A DNA stretch of 64,000 bases from an uncultured Actinomycetota bacterium (GTDB lineage Bacteria; Actinomycetota; Actinomycetes; Propionibacteriales; Nocardioidaceae): contig CAVXIX010000013.1 of assembly GCA_963761965.1 (NCBI GenBank), positions 84,880 through 148,879 on the forward strand, written 5' to 3'. The number at the start of each line of letters is the position of its first letter. Positions within the stretch are counted from its first letter, which is position 1. The notes beneath the pieces are model-generated. The model was not told where the DNA came from. It did not search any database and saw only the letters and a program-made list of their open reading frames with translations. The position numbers were made by a program, and so were the translations under genes. Positions 24,641 to 39,728 of this stretch are shown here, in pieces.

Positions 24641-25419
24641 ATGAACGACGAGCGACCGGCTATCCCGGACACCGACCCGCTGACGTGGGGCACGCCCGAG
24701 GGCCGCCCCATGATCCGGCTCCTGTGGAACCCGCCGACGCCTGCCGGCCGCGGGCCCAAGCAGAAGCTGACGCTGGACCAGGTCGTCGAGGCCGGCATGG
24801 CGGTCGCCGCCGCCGAGGGCGTCGACAAGCTCTCGATGCGCAACGTCGCGCGCGCAGCTCGGGGTCGGCGCGATGAGCCTCTACACGTACGTCCCGGGGC
24901 GGGACGAGCTGTTCGAGCTGATGATCGACCGGGCGTGGGCGGCCCGCAAGCTGCCGGACCAGTCGCTGCCGTGGCGCGAACAGGTCGAGTTCCACGCCCG
25001 CGAGGCGTGGGCGATGTACCAGTCATATCCGTGGCTGATCCACTCCAACCTGTGGCGGATGCCGCTGGGCCCGCACGTCCTGGACGTGCAGGAGGACCTC
25101 TATCGCGCGGTCCTGCTGACGGGCCTCCCGTCCGAGCGAGGTGGTCCGCGTCGCCGGACTCGTCGAGTCCCACGTCTTCGGCGTGGCCCGGAGCGTCATC
25201 ACCGACACGAGCGTGTCGTCCAACACCGGCATCACGGCCGACGAGTACTGGGAGTCGCGCAGCAGCTTCTGGGGCACCTACTACTCGCCCGAGCGGTTTC
25301 CGACGATGACCGCGATCTGGGAGTCCGGAGCGTTCGAGCGGTCCGCCGGCGACGAGGTCGAGTTCGGCCTCGCCCGCCTCCTCGATGGCGTCGAGCTCCT
25401 GATCGAGAAGCAGACCTGA
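24641..25419 (+). CDS. TetR/AcrR family regulator (frameshifted)
   Basis: GRGPKQKLTLDQVV...LSMRNVA...MSLYTYVPGRDEL; C-terminal EFGLARLLDG. Confidence 0.88.
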
Positions 25420-25445
25420 ACCACGCGAAACTCCTTCCGGGTCGA

Positions 25446-25472
25446 TGTCGAAATCGGCCGGCGCTGTTCGAC
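25446..25472 (+). promoter_or_regulatory. ECF42-type promoter candidate TGTCGA-N17-CGAC
   Basis: TGTCGA 25446-25451 and CGAC 25469-25472, upstream of the RBS AGAAGGAG of the DUF4287 gene. Confidence 0.55.
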
Positions 25473-25506
25473 GTACGGGTGAAACCACCCACAGAAGGAG
25501 ACCACC

Positions 25507-25869
25507 ATGTCGTTCCAGGCCTATCTCGACGCGATCGAGGACAAGACCGGACTCACCCCGCGCGAGCTCGTCGCGCAAGCCCACGAACGCGGCTACGACG
25601 CACCGGCAACCAAGGCCGGCGTCATCGTCGACTGGCTGAAGGCCGATCACGACCTCGGCCGCGGTCACGCGATGGCGTTGGTGCACGTCATCAAGAAGGG
25701 CGCAAAGATCAGCGACAAGCACGTCGGCTCGACCGGGACCCACCGCGACGAGTCCGACACGTTGTGGCTCGACGGCAAGGCGAAGCGGCGACGCAGGAGC
25801 TGGTCGGTCTGCTCGGCGTCATGTGGACGAAGCCGCTGGACGGAGGAAAGAGATCGTAGCAGGAGCTGA
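25507..25869 (+). CDS. DUF4287 domain-containing protein (3' end approximate)
   Basis: MSFQAYLDAIEDKTG...WLKADHDLGRGHAMALV. Confidence 0.85.
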   Translation: MSFQAYLDAIEDKTGLTPRELVAQAHERGYDAPATKAGVIVDWLKADHDLGRGHAMALVHVIKKGAKISDKHVGSTGTHRDESDTLWLDGKAKRRRRSWSVCSASCGRSRWTEERDRSRS

Positions 25870-26245
25870 TGATCGGGTGAGCTGAGTGAGGTGCACGACC
25901 GGGCAGAGGCGACGACGCACCAGGGATACAGGGGGCGCCGACGACGGCGAACACGGCCGGCAGGATCTGGCGTCGTCTGCACGACATCTCGTAGGCCAGC
26001 ATCAGCGTCCGGGAGACGAGGCCGGCGAGTGGAACGCGGAGCGCCCACATCGGCCAGGTCGGGTGCGACCTGGCGAACAGCGCGATGGTCGCGCGGACGA
26101 CGAACTGCAGCGAGACGAAGTACGCCATGCGCCGAAACGACGCGTGCCCGACGCCAGATCGAGACGATCTTGACCGCGACCCACCACAATCCGAGCAGCG
26201 TGAAGTTGATCCCCGACACGACTCCGTAGAACGCGTCTGATCCAT
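25819..26245 (-). CDS. Hypothetical membrane protein (heavily frameshifted, end uncertain)
   Basis: FYGVVSGINFTLLGLWWVAV, MAYFVSLQFVV and further hydrophobic segments across frames. Confidence 0.45.
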
Positions 26246-26318
26246 GGGCGTCACGATAGGCCGAGCGCGTCGCGCGGTGACCAGAGACCGGCCCAGCAAC
26301 TCGCCTATGCTGAGCGCC

Positions 26319-27237
26319 GTGCGGTCAAAGTGGATCACGATGCTTGCGGGAGTCATCGCCGCCGTTGTCCTGGTCAGCGTCGTGATCGGGCTGGCGTCCC
26401 CCGACGGCAACGGTCGACGACGACCGGGCAACCCCGTCGAAGACCAGCCACGCCGACGGCGAGCCCCACGACGCCGGCACCGACGCCCACGCCGACAACG
26501 GAACCCACCAGGCCCAGCGGCCGCGCGCGCACCCGCTGCGGTCGCCGGGTCATGGCCCGGGCGGCCGGACGCGGTCACCGGCGACGGCTCGTCGATCGAC
26601 TGGTGCCCCGCTGTGCGTACGACCGGCGCCGCAGAGGCCGAGACCAGCTGTTCGGGAAGCGGCGGTCGACAAGGCTGCATGCGCCGCGGTGCAGTTCGTC
26701 TTCGAGAAGCGCTACTCCCGCCTGGCGATCCCCCGCAGGTCATACGACGCGAAGGACCTCGACTTCGTGCTGCCGGCGCTCGCGACCTCGACGGCCAACG
26801 CCTTCCGGCCGCGCATCAACACCTTCGTGGCCTATCCCGACAGCGTCGATGCGCGTGACGAGCTCGGCCTTGTCGTGCTCCGCGGGGAGGGCACGCCGGC
26901 CGGCGCCAAGCACACCTCCGCCGGCAGCGGCCGGGTCTTCTACGGCAAGGCATTCTCGACGAAGGGTTACCGGGACCGCGCCGCCTGGATCAACCCCACC
27001 TGGTCGAAGGTCGCGATCAGTGTCGACCGGTCGAAGGCGGAGCCCCGGATCGTCGCGACCCTCGACGCATCGGCTGCCGTCCCAGTCTTCAACACCGCCG
27101 AGCGACGCGACGACATGCTGACGGTCCCGACGCACGCGACGTTCTTCCTGCGCCGGGACAACGGGACGGCGTGGAAGATCGGCGGCTGGCGGATCACCAG
27201 CGGACCGTACGACTACGCGCGGCTCACGCTGAGATGA
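26319..27237 (+). CDS. Membrane-anchored exported hypothetical protein with Pro/Thr linker (frameshifted)
   Basis: N-terminal TM helix; TPTASPTTPAPTPTPTT linker; about 200-aa globular C-terminal domain ending WKIGGW... Confidence 0.6.
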
Positions 27238-27244
27238 CGCACCG

Positions 27245-27338
27245 AGGCCGGCCATCCCCCCGAGATGGCCGGCCTATGACGCCCCCCGGCGTCGGTCATG
27301 CGACGGCCCGAACATCCCCCCGAATCGTTCGGACCTGA
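27245..27338 (+). ncRNA. 6C-RNA-like element with three hairpins, each with a CCCCCC loop
   Basis: GGCCGGCCATCCCCCCGAGATGGCCGGCC; GACGCCCCCCGGCGTC; CCGAACATCCCCCCGAATCGTTCGG; transcribed strand not certain. Confidence 0.6.
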
Positions 27339-27413
27339 CAACCTGTGACATACACGCTAACGGAGCAATGGCGCGATGTGCAGTCTTGACATTAGCGCAG
27401 AATGTAGTTAATT

Positions 27414-27497
27414 AGGGCTACTTCGGATCTAGTCCTTCTGAGTTACTCCCTCGAAGGTGGTCGCACTGACGCGGAGGCTCTCCCGCCTCCGCGTGCC
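27414..27497 (+). ncRNA. Candidate ~85-nt sRNA with three hairpins
   Basis: TTGACA at 27386 and AT-rich segment upstream; stems AGGGCTA/TAGTCCT, CCTTC.GAG/CTCGAAGG, ACGCGGAGGC/GCCTCCGCGT; CTCCC-containing loops. Confidence 0.45.
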
Positions 27498-27500
27498 TGT

Positions 27501-27528
27501 GGAAATACGTACGCTCGCGCGCTGGTTG
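27501..27528 (+). promoter_or_regulatory. SigH/SigR-type promoter candidate (GGAAAT-N18-GTTG), probably leaderless
   Basis: GGAAAT 27501-27506, GTT 27525-27527, ATG at 27537, no SD. Confidence 0.5.
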
Positions 27529-27536
27529 TCACTCTC

Positions 27537-28181
27537 ATGACCACCATCGGACTCATCGGCGCCGGCCACATCGGCAGCCAGCTCGCCCGCGCCGCCATCG
27601 CCCAAGGACATGACGTCGTGCTGAGCAACTCCCGCGGACCCGAGACCCTCACCGACCTCGTCGCCGAGCTCGGTCCGTCAGCGCGCGCCGGCACGCCTGC
27701 CGAGGCAGCGGCGGCCGCCGACATCGCCGTCGTCACGACGCCAGTCAGCGCGATCGGCTCCGTGCCGGTCGAACCGCTCGCCGGCAAGCCCGTGATCGAC
27801 ACCAACAACTACTACTCACAGCGCGACGGCGTGATCTCCGAGCTCGAGGACGGTTCGCTGACGAGTGCGGAGCTCTTGCAGCGGCACCTCGCCGGCGCGA
27901 AGGTCGTCAAGGCGTTCAACCACATCCAGTCGGCAGCGATCACGGCGGAGGCGCAGGCAGCCGGTACGCCCGGCCGTCGCGCACTCGCCGTCGCAGGTGA
28001 TGACGACGCCGCCAAGGCAACCGTCGCGTCGTTCATCGATGCGATCGGCTTCGACGTCGTCGACCTGGGCGCGCTCGCCGAGGGCTGGCGGGTGCAGCCG
28101 AACACGCCTGGCTACGGCCCGCGGCTCACCGCTGACGAGCTTCGCGCCGCGGCCGAGGACGCGACCCGCAACGCCGCCTGA
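27537..28181 (+). CDS. NADPH-dependent F420 reductase family (F420_oxidored) oxidoreductase
   Basis: IGAGHIG, SNSRGPETL, IDTNNYY, VVKAFNHI, GFDVVDLG; intact. Confidence 0.85.
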   Translation: MTTIGLIGAGHIGSQLARAAIAQGHDVVLSNSRGPETLTDLVAELGPSARAGTPAEAAAAADIAVVTTPVSAIGSVPVEPLAGKPVIDTNNYYSQRDGVISELEDGSLTSAELLQRHLAGAKVVKAFNHIQSAAITAEAQAAGTPGRRALAVAGDDDAAKATVASFIDAIGFDVVDLGALAEGWRVQPNTPGYGPRLTADELRAAAEDATRNAA

Positions 28182-28184
28182 CGC

Positions 28185-28978
28185 TCAGCGCAGCTCGGTC
28201 AGCTGTCGCGAGGTCGTCGGTCGGCAGCTCGTCGACCACGGCGGTGACGTTCATCGACAGCAGGTCGACCCGCGCCCAGTGCTGGGAGAGGAACGCGGTC
28301 TCGGAGGCGTCCTGGCCGGTCGCGATGCGCAGCAGGCTGCTGCGGGGCGCCAGCGTCGTCGCGTCGACGACGTGCCAGGCATCCTCGATGTAGGCCTCGG
28401 CGACCGCGTGGAAGTCCATCGGATAGAGCCCGGGCGCGTAGACCGAGGCCAGCCGGGCCGGGACGTCGAGTCCGCGGAGCAGGGCGACGACGAGGTGCGC
28501 GTAGTCGCGGCACACTCCCTCGCGGGCCAGCATCGTGGCGACCGCACCATCGGTCGGCTGGCTCGCGCCCGGCACGTACGACAGGTGCGCCCCGACCCAT
28601 GAGCTGACGGCGTCGAGCAGCTCCTTGCCGTGCACGCCCGCGAACTCGGAGTTGGCGGTCGAGAACAACGTGTCGGACTCGCAGTAGCGGCTCGGCCGGC
28701 GGTACTCGATCAGGTCGAGCTCGTCGACCGCCGCCGGGTGCGGCCTGACCCACGACCTCGGCGGAGTAGTCGATCGTCATGTGCCCGGCAGGCCCGGTCA
28801 GGCGGTGCAGCCGGGTGCCGTGTCGGCCGGCGATCTCGTGCGCCTCGAGCTCGGCGCCGCCGGATCTGATCGTGAACGTCTCGGTCAGGTCGTGCCCCTC
28901 GGCGACCGCGATCGAGAAGATCAGGTCGGCCTTGTCGTGCAGGTGGAGCTGGAGATGGGCCGAGACTGATCGCTTCAC
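28185..28978 (-). CDS. Transglutaminase-like family protein (frameshifted)
   Basis: RPSRYCESD, GVCRDYAH, DFHAVAE, VDAT (Cys-His-Asp triad). Confidence 0.85.
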
Positions 28979-29058
28979 CGCCCGATCGTGTCACACGCCT
29001 TGCGTCATCAGAATCGTGGCCCAGGACCCACGTTTCTCATGACGTAACGCGGGGGAAC

Positions 29059-30029
29059 TCAGGAGTCGTACGCCTCGAGGATGCGGTCGGCGGCCGTCGC
29101 GGCAGGCATCTCGCCGGACAGGACGGCCTCGCGGATCTCCTCGCGCATCGCGGCGACGCGGGGGTCGGTGCGCAGGCGCTGGTCGAGCTCGTCGCGGACC
29201 AGTGCCCAGGTGAAGTCGAGCTGCTGCTGCGCCCGCTTCTCGTGCAGGCCCTTGCGGCCCAGGAACTCGCGGTGGCGGATGATCCGGCTCCACACCGTGT
29301 CGATCCCGGTGCCCTCGAGCGCCGAGCAGGTCAGCACCGGCGGGACCCAGCCCTGGCCTCCGGCATAGACCATGCGCAGCGCCCCGGCGAGGTCCTTGGA
29401 CGTCGCCTCGGCCTCCTGCACGCGCTCGCCGTCGGCCTTGTTGACCGCGACGACGTCGGAGATCTCGAGGATGCCCTTCTTGATGCCCTGCAGCTGGTCG
29501 CCCGTGCGCGCGATCGTCAGGAACAAGAACGTGTCGACCATGCCGGCGACGGTGATCTCGGACTGGCCGACGCCGACGGTCTCGATCAGCACGACGTCGA
29601 AGCCGGCCGCCTCGAGCACCGTCATGGCCTGGCTCGTGGCGCGGGCGACACCGCCGAGCGTGCCGGCGCTGGGCGAGGGCCGGATGTAGGCATCGGGGCT
29701 CACCGCGAGCCTCGACATGCGGGTCTTGTCGCCGAGCACCGAGCCGCCCGTGCGTACGCTCGACGGATCGACCGCGAGCACGCCGACGCGATGACCCTCG
29801 TCGACGAGGTGCATGCCGAGCGCCTCGATGAACGTCGACTTGCCGACACCGGGCACGCCCGAGACGCCGACGCGCACGGCTCCCCCGGCGTCGGGCGCCA
29901 GCAGGCCGAGCAGCTCACGCGCCTCGGCCCGGTGGTCGCTGCGGCTCGACTCGATCAGCGTGATCGCCCGCGAGATCGCCGCCCGCTTGCCGACGCGGAC
30001 GTCGTCGGCGAGGTCAGCGACGTCGACCA

Positions 30030-30030
<1 letters not shown>
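29059..30030 (-). CDS. meaB: Methylmalonyl-CoA mutase-associated GTPase
   Basis: [15 protein letters not shown]...[34 protein letters not shown]. Confidence 0.95.
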
Positions 30031-32212
<2,182 letters not shown>

Positions 32213-32216
<4 letters not shown>

Positions 32217-34022
32217 GCGCTGCAGCTCCTGTCGGATCGAGCGGAGGAAGGCGAGCGCATCGAGCCCCGCCGCGGCGTTGGTGTCGGCGCCGATGTCGGC
32301 CTTGCCGGCCACGATGACGTACGTCGCTCCGGCCTCGCGCAGCGCGCGTCACCAGGTCGGCGCCCCATGCCTCGTACGCCTTGTCGTTGCCGACCAGGCA
32401 GACGATCGCGGGCTTGCCCGCCTCGTCGTACGCCGCGAGGACGTCGTCGACGCCCTCGGTCGGCCCGGCGACGACGGTGTCGATGCCGCCGGCGGCGAGC
32501 AGGTTGGCGGCGAACGTGCCGCGCGCGGTGTAGGCGGCGACAGTGCCCATCGACGCGAGGAACACCGGCGTCGCAGCGCGGTCGTCGCGCAGCGCCTCGT
32601 ACTCGCCGGCATACCGGTGCACGTCGATCGGGTGACCGTACGGGCGGCGCTCCGGCAGCTCCTCGTGGAGGTTGGGGAACTCCGAGACGCCGGTGATCGG
32701 GCGCTTGCGCTTGGCGATGTCGAGCGCGCGGGCCGAGACGGTCTCGGCGATGGCTTCGCGGAGGAAGTCGAGCGACTCGACGAGCCCGCCCCTGCCCTCG
32801 ATCTCGCCGAACAGCGCCCAGGCGGCGCGGGCGAGGTCGTCCGTGAGCTTCTCGACGGCGTGCGCGCCACCAGCCGGGTCGGCGACCGCGGCGACGTGCG
32901 ACTCGCTGATCAGGAGGCTCGAGGTGTTGCGGGCGATGCGGCGGCTGAACGCCTCCGGCAGGCCGAGCGGCTCGTCGAACGGCAGCACCGTGACGGCGGC
33001 CGCTCCCCCGACGCCGGCCGAGAACGCGGCGACGGTCGTGCGGAGCATGTTCACGTACGGGTCGTACTTCGCCATCATCGGGCGGGAGGTCACGGCGTGC
33101 TGCAGCCTGACCGGCGGCGGCGGTCGTGACGCCGCTGAGCTCGGCGACCCGGTTCCACAGCCGGCGGGCGGCGCGGAGCTTGGCGATCGTCGGGAACTGC
33201 TCGTCGGTCGCGGCGTAGCGGAAGTCGATCAGCGCCGCCGCGTCGTCGACCTCGATGCCGGCCGTCGACGAGAGCGCGGAGGTACGTGACGCCGGCGGCG
33301 AGTGAGTAGGCGAGCTCCTGGACGTCGGACGCGCCGGCGTCGTGCACCGCCGTCGCGTCGACCGTGACGGCGCGGACGCCGAGCGGCTGCGCCAGCGCGG
33401 CGACCTCGCCGACGATCCCGAGATCGGTGACGCCGTGGCCGCGGATCGTGGCGCCGAGCGGATCGACGCCGAAGGACGTACCGGGTGCCGCGGTGACGGC
33501 CTTGTCGTCGAGCACCGCGGCCAGCGCGCGGGCTGCCTCGACGGGCTCGGCCGGCGCATCGAGCACGACCGCGGCGAGATCGAGGAACACCGGTTCGAGG
33601 ATCGTCGCCAGTGCGTCGACCGGGATCGCGCCGCCGCCGACGGAGAGCCAGAGGGAGTTGACGCCGTTCTCGAGGTCGGTGACGACGTCCTTGGCGGTGC
33701 GCTCGACATCAGGATCGGCGAACCACGCGCGTACGTCCCAGCCGTCGAGCTCGCGGGCCGCGGCACTGCCGCGGGTGAACGGCGCCTGCCCCGGCAGGCC
33801 GCCGTCAGGCAGGTCACGGCTCAGCGCGGGCGTGCCGAGCGGTGTGACGGTGATGCCGTCGAGGGTCGTGGTGGCGAGCTTGCCCCACACGTCGCTGTCG
33901 GGTGCGTCGTCGGCAAGCTTGCGCGCCTTGCGGAGCACCGCGGCGGTGGCCTGCTCCCACTCGTCCTGCGTGTGCTCGAGCCCCTTGGACAGGGGGACAT
34001 CGACCGTTCCGTCAGAGGCCAT
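32213..34022 (-). CDS. mutA: Methylmalonyl-CoA mutase small subunit (frameshifted)
   Basis: [49 protein letters not shown]; ATGA overlap with mutB. Confidence 0.9.
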
Positions 34023-34062
34023 AAGGGGCATCGTACGAACACGCCGGTGATACCGGCCACCC

Positions 34063-35833
<1,771 letters not shown>

Positions 35834-35857
35834 GCGCTCAACGTACCCAACACGTGG

Positions 35858-37299
35858 TCAGCTGACCCAGCTGGTGATGGGGTCGATCGCGAAGTAGATC
35901 ACGAACAGGATGCCGATCAGCCACATCAGCGGGTGGATCGCGGCGACCTTGCCCTTGACCAGCTTGATGACGACGTAGGCGATGAAGCCCGCGCCGATGC
36001 CGGCCGTGATCGAGTACGTGAACGGCATCAGCACGATCGTCAGGAACGCCGGGATCGCGATCTCGGAGTCGTCCCAGGCGATGTCCTTGACCTGGCTCAT
36101 CATCAGGAAGCCGACGAGCACCAGCGCAGGCACGGCCGCCTCGTTGGGGATGTGCTCGACCAGCGGCACCGCGAGCGTCGACAGCAGGAACAGCACGCCG
36201 GTGACGACCGACGCGAGGCCCGTACGCGCACCGTCGCCGACACCCGAGGCCGACTCGATGTAGGACGTGTTGCTCGAGATGCCGGCCGCGCCACCTGCGG
36301 CGGCGGCGATCGAGTCGACGACCAGGATCTTCTGCGCGCCCTCAGGCGTGCCGTCCGCGTCGTTGAGTCCGGCCTCGGCGCCGATCGCGGTCATCGTGCC
36401 CATCGTGTCGAAGAAGTCAGCCAGCAGGAGCGTGAAGACCAGCAGCGCCGCGGTCACGACGCCCGCGCGCTCGAACCCGTCGAACAGGTTGAAGTCACCG
36501 AGCAGCGAGAAGTCCGGCTTGGCGAAGATCTTGTCGGGCCATTCCGGGACGTTGAGGTTCCAGCCCTTCGAGGTCGGCCTTGCCGCCGCTGGCCGGGAGG
36601 TCGGCGATCGCCTGCACGATGACCGCGACGATGGTCGTGGCGACGATGCCGATCAGGATCGCACCAGGTACGCCGCGCGAGTACAGCGCGATCATCAGCA
36701 GCAGGCCGAAGACGAACACCAGCACGGGCCAGCCGGCGAGGTGACCGCCGATGCCGAGCTGGACCGGCGGTGCGCCGATGCCGGTCGTACGTACGAAGCC
36801 CGCGTCGACCAGGCCGATGAACGTGATGAACAGGCCGATGCCCACGGCGATCGCCGTCTTGAGCTGACGCGGCACCGCGTCGAACACAGCTTTTCGGAAG
36901 CCGGTCAGCACGAGGACCAGGATGATCAGCCCCTCGAGCACGACCAGGCCCATCGCGTCTGCCCACGTCATCTGCGACGCGACCGAGAACGCGACGAAGG
37001 CGTTGAGGCCGAGGCCCGTCGCCAGCGCCAGCGGGAAGTTCGCGACGACGCCCATCAGGATCGTCAGGAGGCCCGCGACCAGCGCGGTCACCGCGGCGAT
37101 CGTCGCGAAGCCGGAGCCGGGCGTCGGAGCCACCGCCGAGGAACTTGCCGTCCTCATCGGCGACGCCCGCCAAGATGATCGGGTTGAGCACGATGATGTA
37201 GGCCATCGTCAGGAAGGTCACGACACCGCCGCGCACCTCCTGGCCGATCGAGGACCCGCGCTGGCTGATCTTGAAGTACTGCTCGAGCGTGCTGGTCAT
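35858..37299 (-). CDS. NCS2/AzgA-family purine permease (frameshifted)
   Basis: GGVVTFLTMAYIIVLNP, GLGLNAF, DFFDTMGT, YIESASGV, MPFTYSI. Confidence 0.9.
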
Positions 37300-37370
37300 G
37301 GCACTCCTGGTCGAGGTCGTAGACAACCGGTCGCATGGGAGCATGCCAGACCCTGCGCCTCGCGTGGGAG

Positions 37371-38387
37371 TCAGGTCCGTCGACGCGCCGTGATGGCGAT
37401 CGCCGCACGACCAAGCGGCGCCACCGATGCGCCCAGAGCCAGATGCTGCCTGCGAAGCCGTCGCGGGCCGTGTTGGTCGAGTCCGCGCCGGATGTCGTGG
37501 CGGGCTTCGCGGTCGCCGTCGAGGGCGCGGGAGTCGGCGCCGCCCGGCAGCGTCAACGGCATGCGGATCAGCTCCGAGTCGGCCCCTTCGCTGCCGATCA
37601 GGTACGACTTCTGGGACCGCTCGATCGCGATCGACTCGCCCTGCGGCTGCGGCGGGGTCGTGTCGGACCGAACCGTGCTTCCAGGTCTTCGCGTCATACA
37701 CGTCGACGTCGCTGTAGGTCCGCAGCAACGCGTATCGGCCGTCTGCCGACATCACCCCGTCGGTCACCAGTGCCGGCATGTCGTGGCCGGTCGCCTTGGC
37801 CTCGTTGGTCTGATCGGTCGAGAGCTTGCGCGGCAGCTCGAGCAGCTCCCCGGCGAACAGTCCCTTGGTCACGACGCTCCTTGGCTCCCGGTGCGCGGGT
37901 TGATCAGCAGCGTCTCGACATCGGCTGGGCCTGAGGGGTACGTCAGCGGGTAGCGCGTCGCGGCGACCGAGTGGATGCCCGGTCCCGGCTCGGGCAGGGC
38001 GTAGAGGGCGACATCCGTGCGGCGCTCCTCGTTGTCGCCCGTGTCGGCCACCCACAGCTCACCGTCGCCGTCGATCGCGATCGCCTCGGTGTCGAGCGGC
38101 GTGCGGCCCGTGATCGTCGTCGTCCCCACGACAGCCCCCGTCGAGATCTTGACGGCGAAGACGATCGGCGCATTGCCCGAGTCGTTGATCGTGTAGGCGA
38201 GGTCGTCGTGCTTCACGCTGACGGCGAGGCCACTCGACTCGGTGATCCTGGGATCGCTCATCCGGCTGACGACGTCCGGTCCGGCCTCGGCGCCGTCGGC
38301 CCGCCGAGCGAGCGAGCTCACGAGCACGACGACCAGCAAGGCGATGAGGAGGCCCGGTATCAGCAGGCGTCGGTGGCGCGGATTCAT
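37371..38387 (-). CDS. Exported beta-propeller-like hypothetical protein (frameshifted, 3' end approximate)
   Basis: N-terminal TM; ITESSGLA, INDSG, DTEAIA, ADTGDN, LLRTY, QGESIA, IGSEG. Confidence 0.65.
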
Positions 38388-38447
38388 TGCAGGTCAGCAT
38401 GACAGCACGCCGAAACCGCGGAAGCGCTCGGCGGTAGGGTGAACGCT

Positions 38448-38855
38448 GTGAGCAACAACGACGACTGGGTGATCCGTCAGGGCGACGGTCCCGAGACCAT
38501 CGAGCGCAAGATGGGCCATCGCGAGATCGCCCGGCTCGAGCGCGCCGCCCGTCGTCACGAGTTCGGTCGGCCTGAGGTCACCGAGCTCGAGATCGGCCGC
38601 AAGACCCACCGGGTCGCCGAGGTCGAGCCGATGGACGTCGACGGTGTGCGCACCATGACGGTCGGCACGATCGTCTGGGGCGTCATCGTGATCGCGCTGC
38701 TGCCGTTCGTCGGCACGCTCGACGAGAACGACCGGACGTGGTGGCTGTGGACCGCCCTCGCCGGATTCGGGCTGGGCCTGATCGGCATCGAGTACTGCCG
38801 CCGACGCCGCAACGCGCTGCGCCTGCAGCCCGGTCGTCGCCGCCGCGTCGACTGA
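38448..38855 (+). CDS. DUF2530 domain membrane protein
   Basis: VGTIVW...WWLWTALAGFGLGLIG...RRRR; conserved position beside DUF3027. Confidence 0.75.
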   Translation: MSNNDDWVIRQGDGPETIERKMGHREIARLERAARRHEFGRPEVTELEIGRKTHRVAEVEPMDVDGVRTMTVGTIVWGVIVIALLPFVGTLDENDRTWWLWTALAGFGLGLIGIEYCRRRRNALRLQPGRRRRVD

Positions 38856-38919
38856 GCTCGGGGCCCGACGAGGGCGGTGGAGCGCCAGCGACCGGGGGCG
38901 TGCCCGACCGGCTCGAGGG

Positions 38920-39667
38920 CTAGAAGCTGTCGACCTCGTCGACGCCGACGGTGTCGAACACCGGCGGCGGCAAGCGCCTGGGCGCTGGCCGAGCGGCTCA
39001 GCCGGGCGCCTGAGTGGGCACCGCAGCCGTGGTCGAACGAGACGACCTTGCCGTCGTCGTTGGCCATGCCGTTGGCGCAGACGCCGAAGCGGTCGGACAG
39101 CGGGCCGGCCAGGCTGACCATGAAGCCGCACGAGTGGCACACGCCCGAGGCCTGCTGGGCGATGGCGGCGTCGGGGCCCTGCTCGCCCTCCTGCCAGCGC
39201 TCGGCGGCGAGCTCGCGGCCCTCGATCGAGAGGACCCACTCGCGCCCGAGGCCGACCTCGCGCGCGAAGAAGCGGTCGGGGGTCTGCTCCTCGCCGTCAC
39301 CGGCGGACCATGACGGGACGAGGCGGATGTCGTCCTCGTCGGGAGGCAGCACGTCGCCGGGGCTCAGGTCGCCCGGACGGATGCGCTCGCGGTAGGGCGT
39401 CCACGGCGGGGCGATGATCGCTTCGTCACCGGGCAGCAGGACGACGTCGTTGACCGTGACGCGGTCGCTGTCGGGCGCGCGCGAGATGCTGACCGACCAG
39501 TACCAGCCCTGGTAGCCACGCTTGAGGCACGCGAAGTGGTGCGAGACGAGCCGCTCGCCATCCTCGACGGCGCGCACGTGCTCGCCGACGGTTCCGGCCT
39601 CGGCGGCCTCGTCGACGGCCGCACGGGCGACGTCGACCGCGGCGGCTAGCTGCTCATCGATGGGCAT
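38920..39667 (-). CDS. DUF3027 domain protein (frameshift near 3' end)
   Basis: GYQGWYWSV, PPWTPYRERIRPGDL, CHSCGF, FGVCAN, DHGCGAHS. Confidence 0.88.
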
Positions 39668-39728
39668 TCATCCATTGTCGCCCATGTCCGGGCAGATGCG
39701 GCTCGCGGGGTGAGGCAGGATAGACGGC

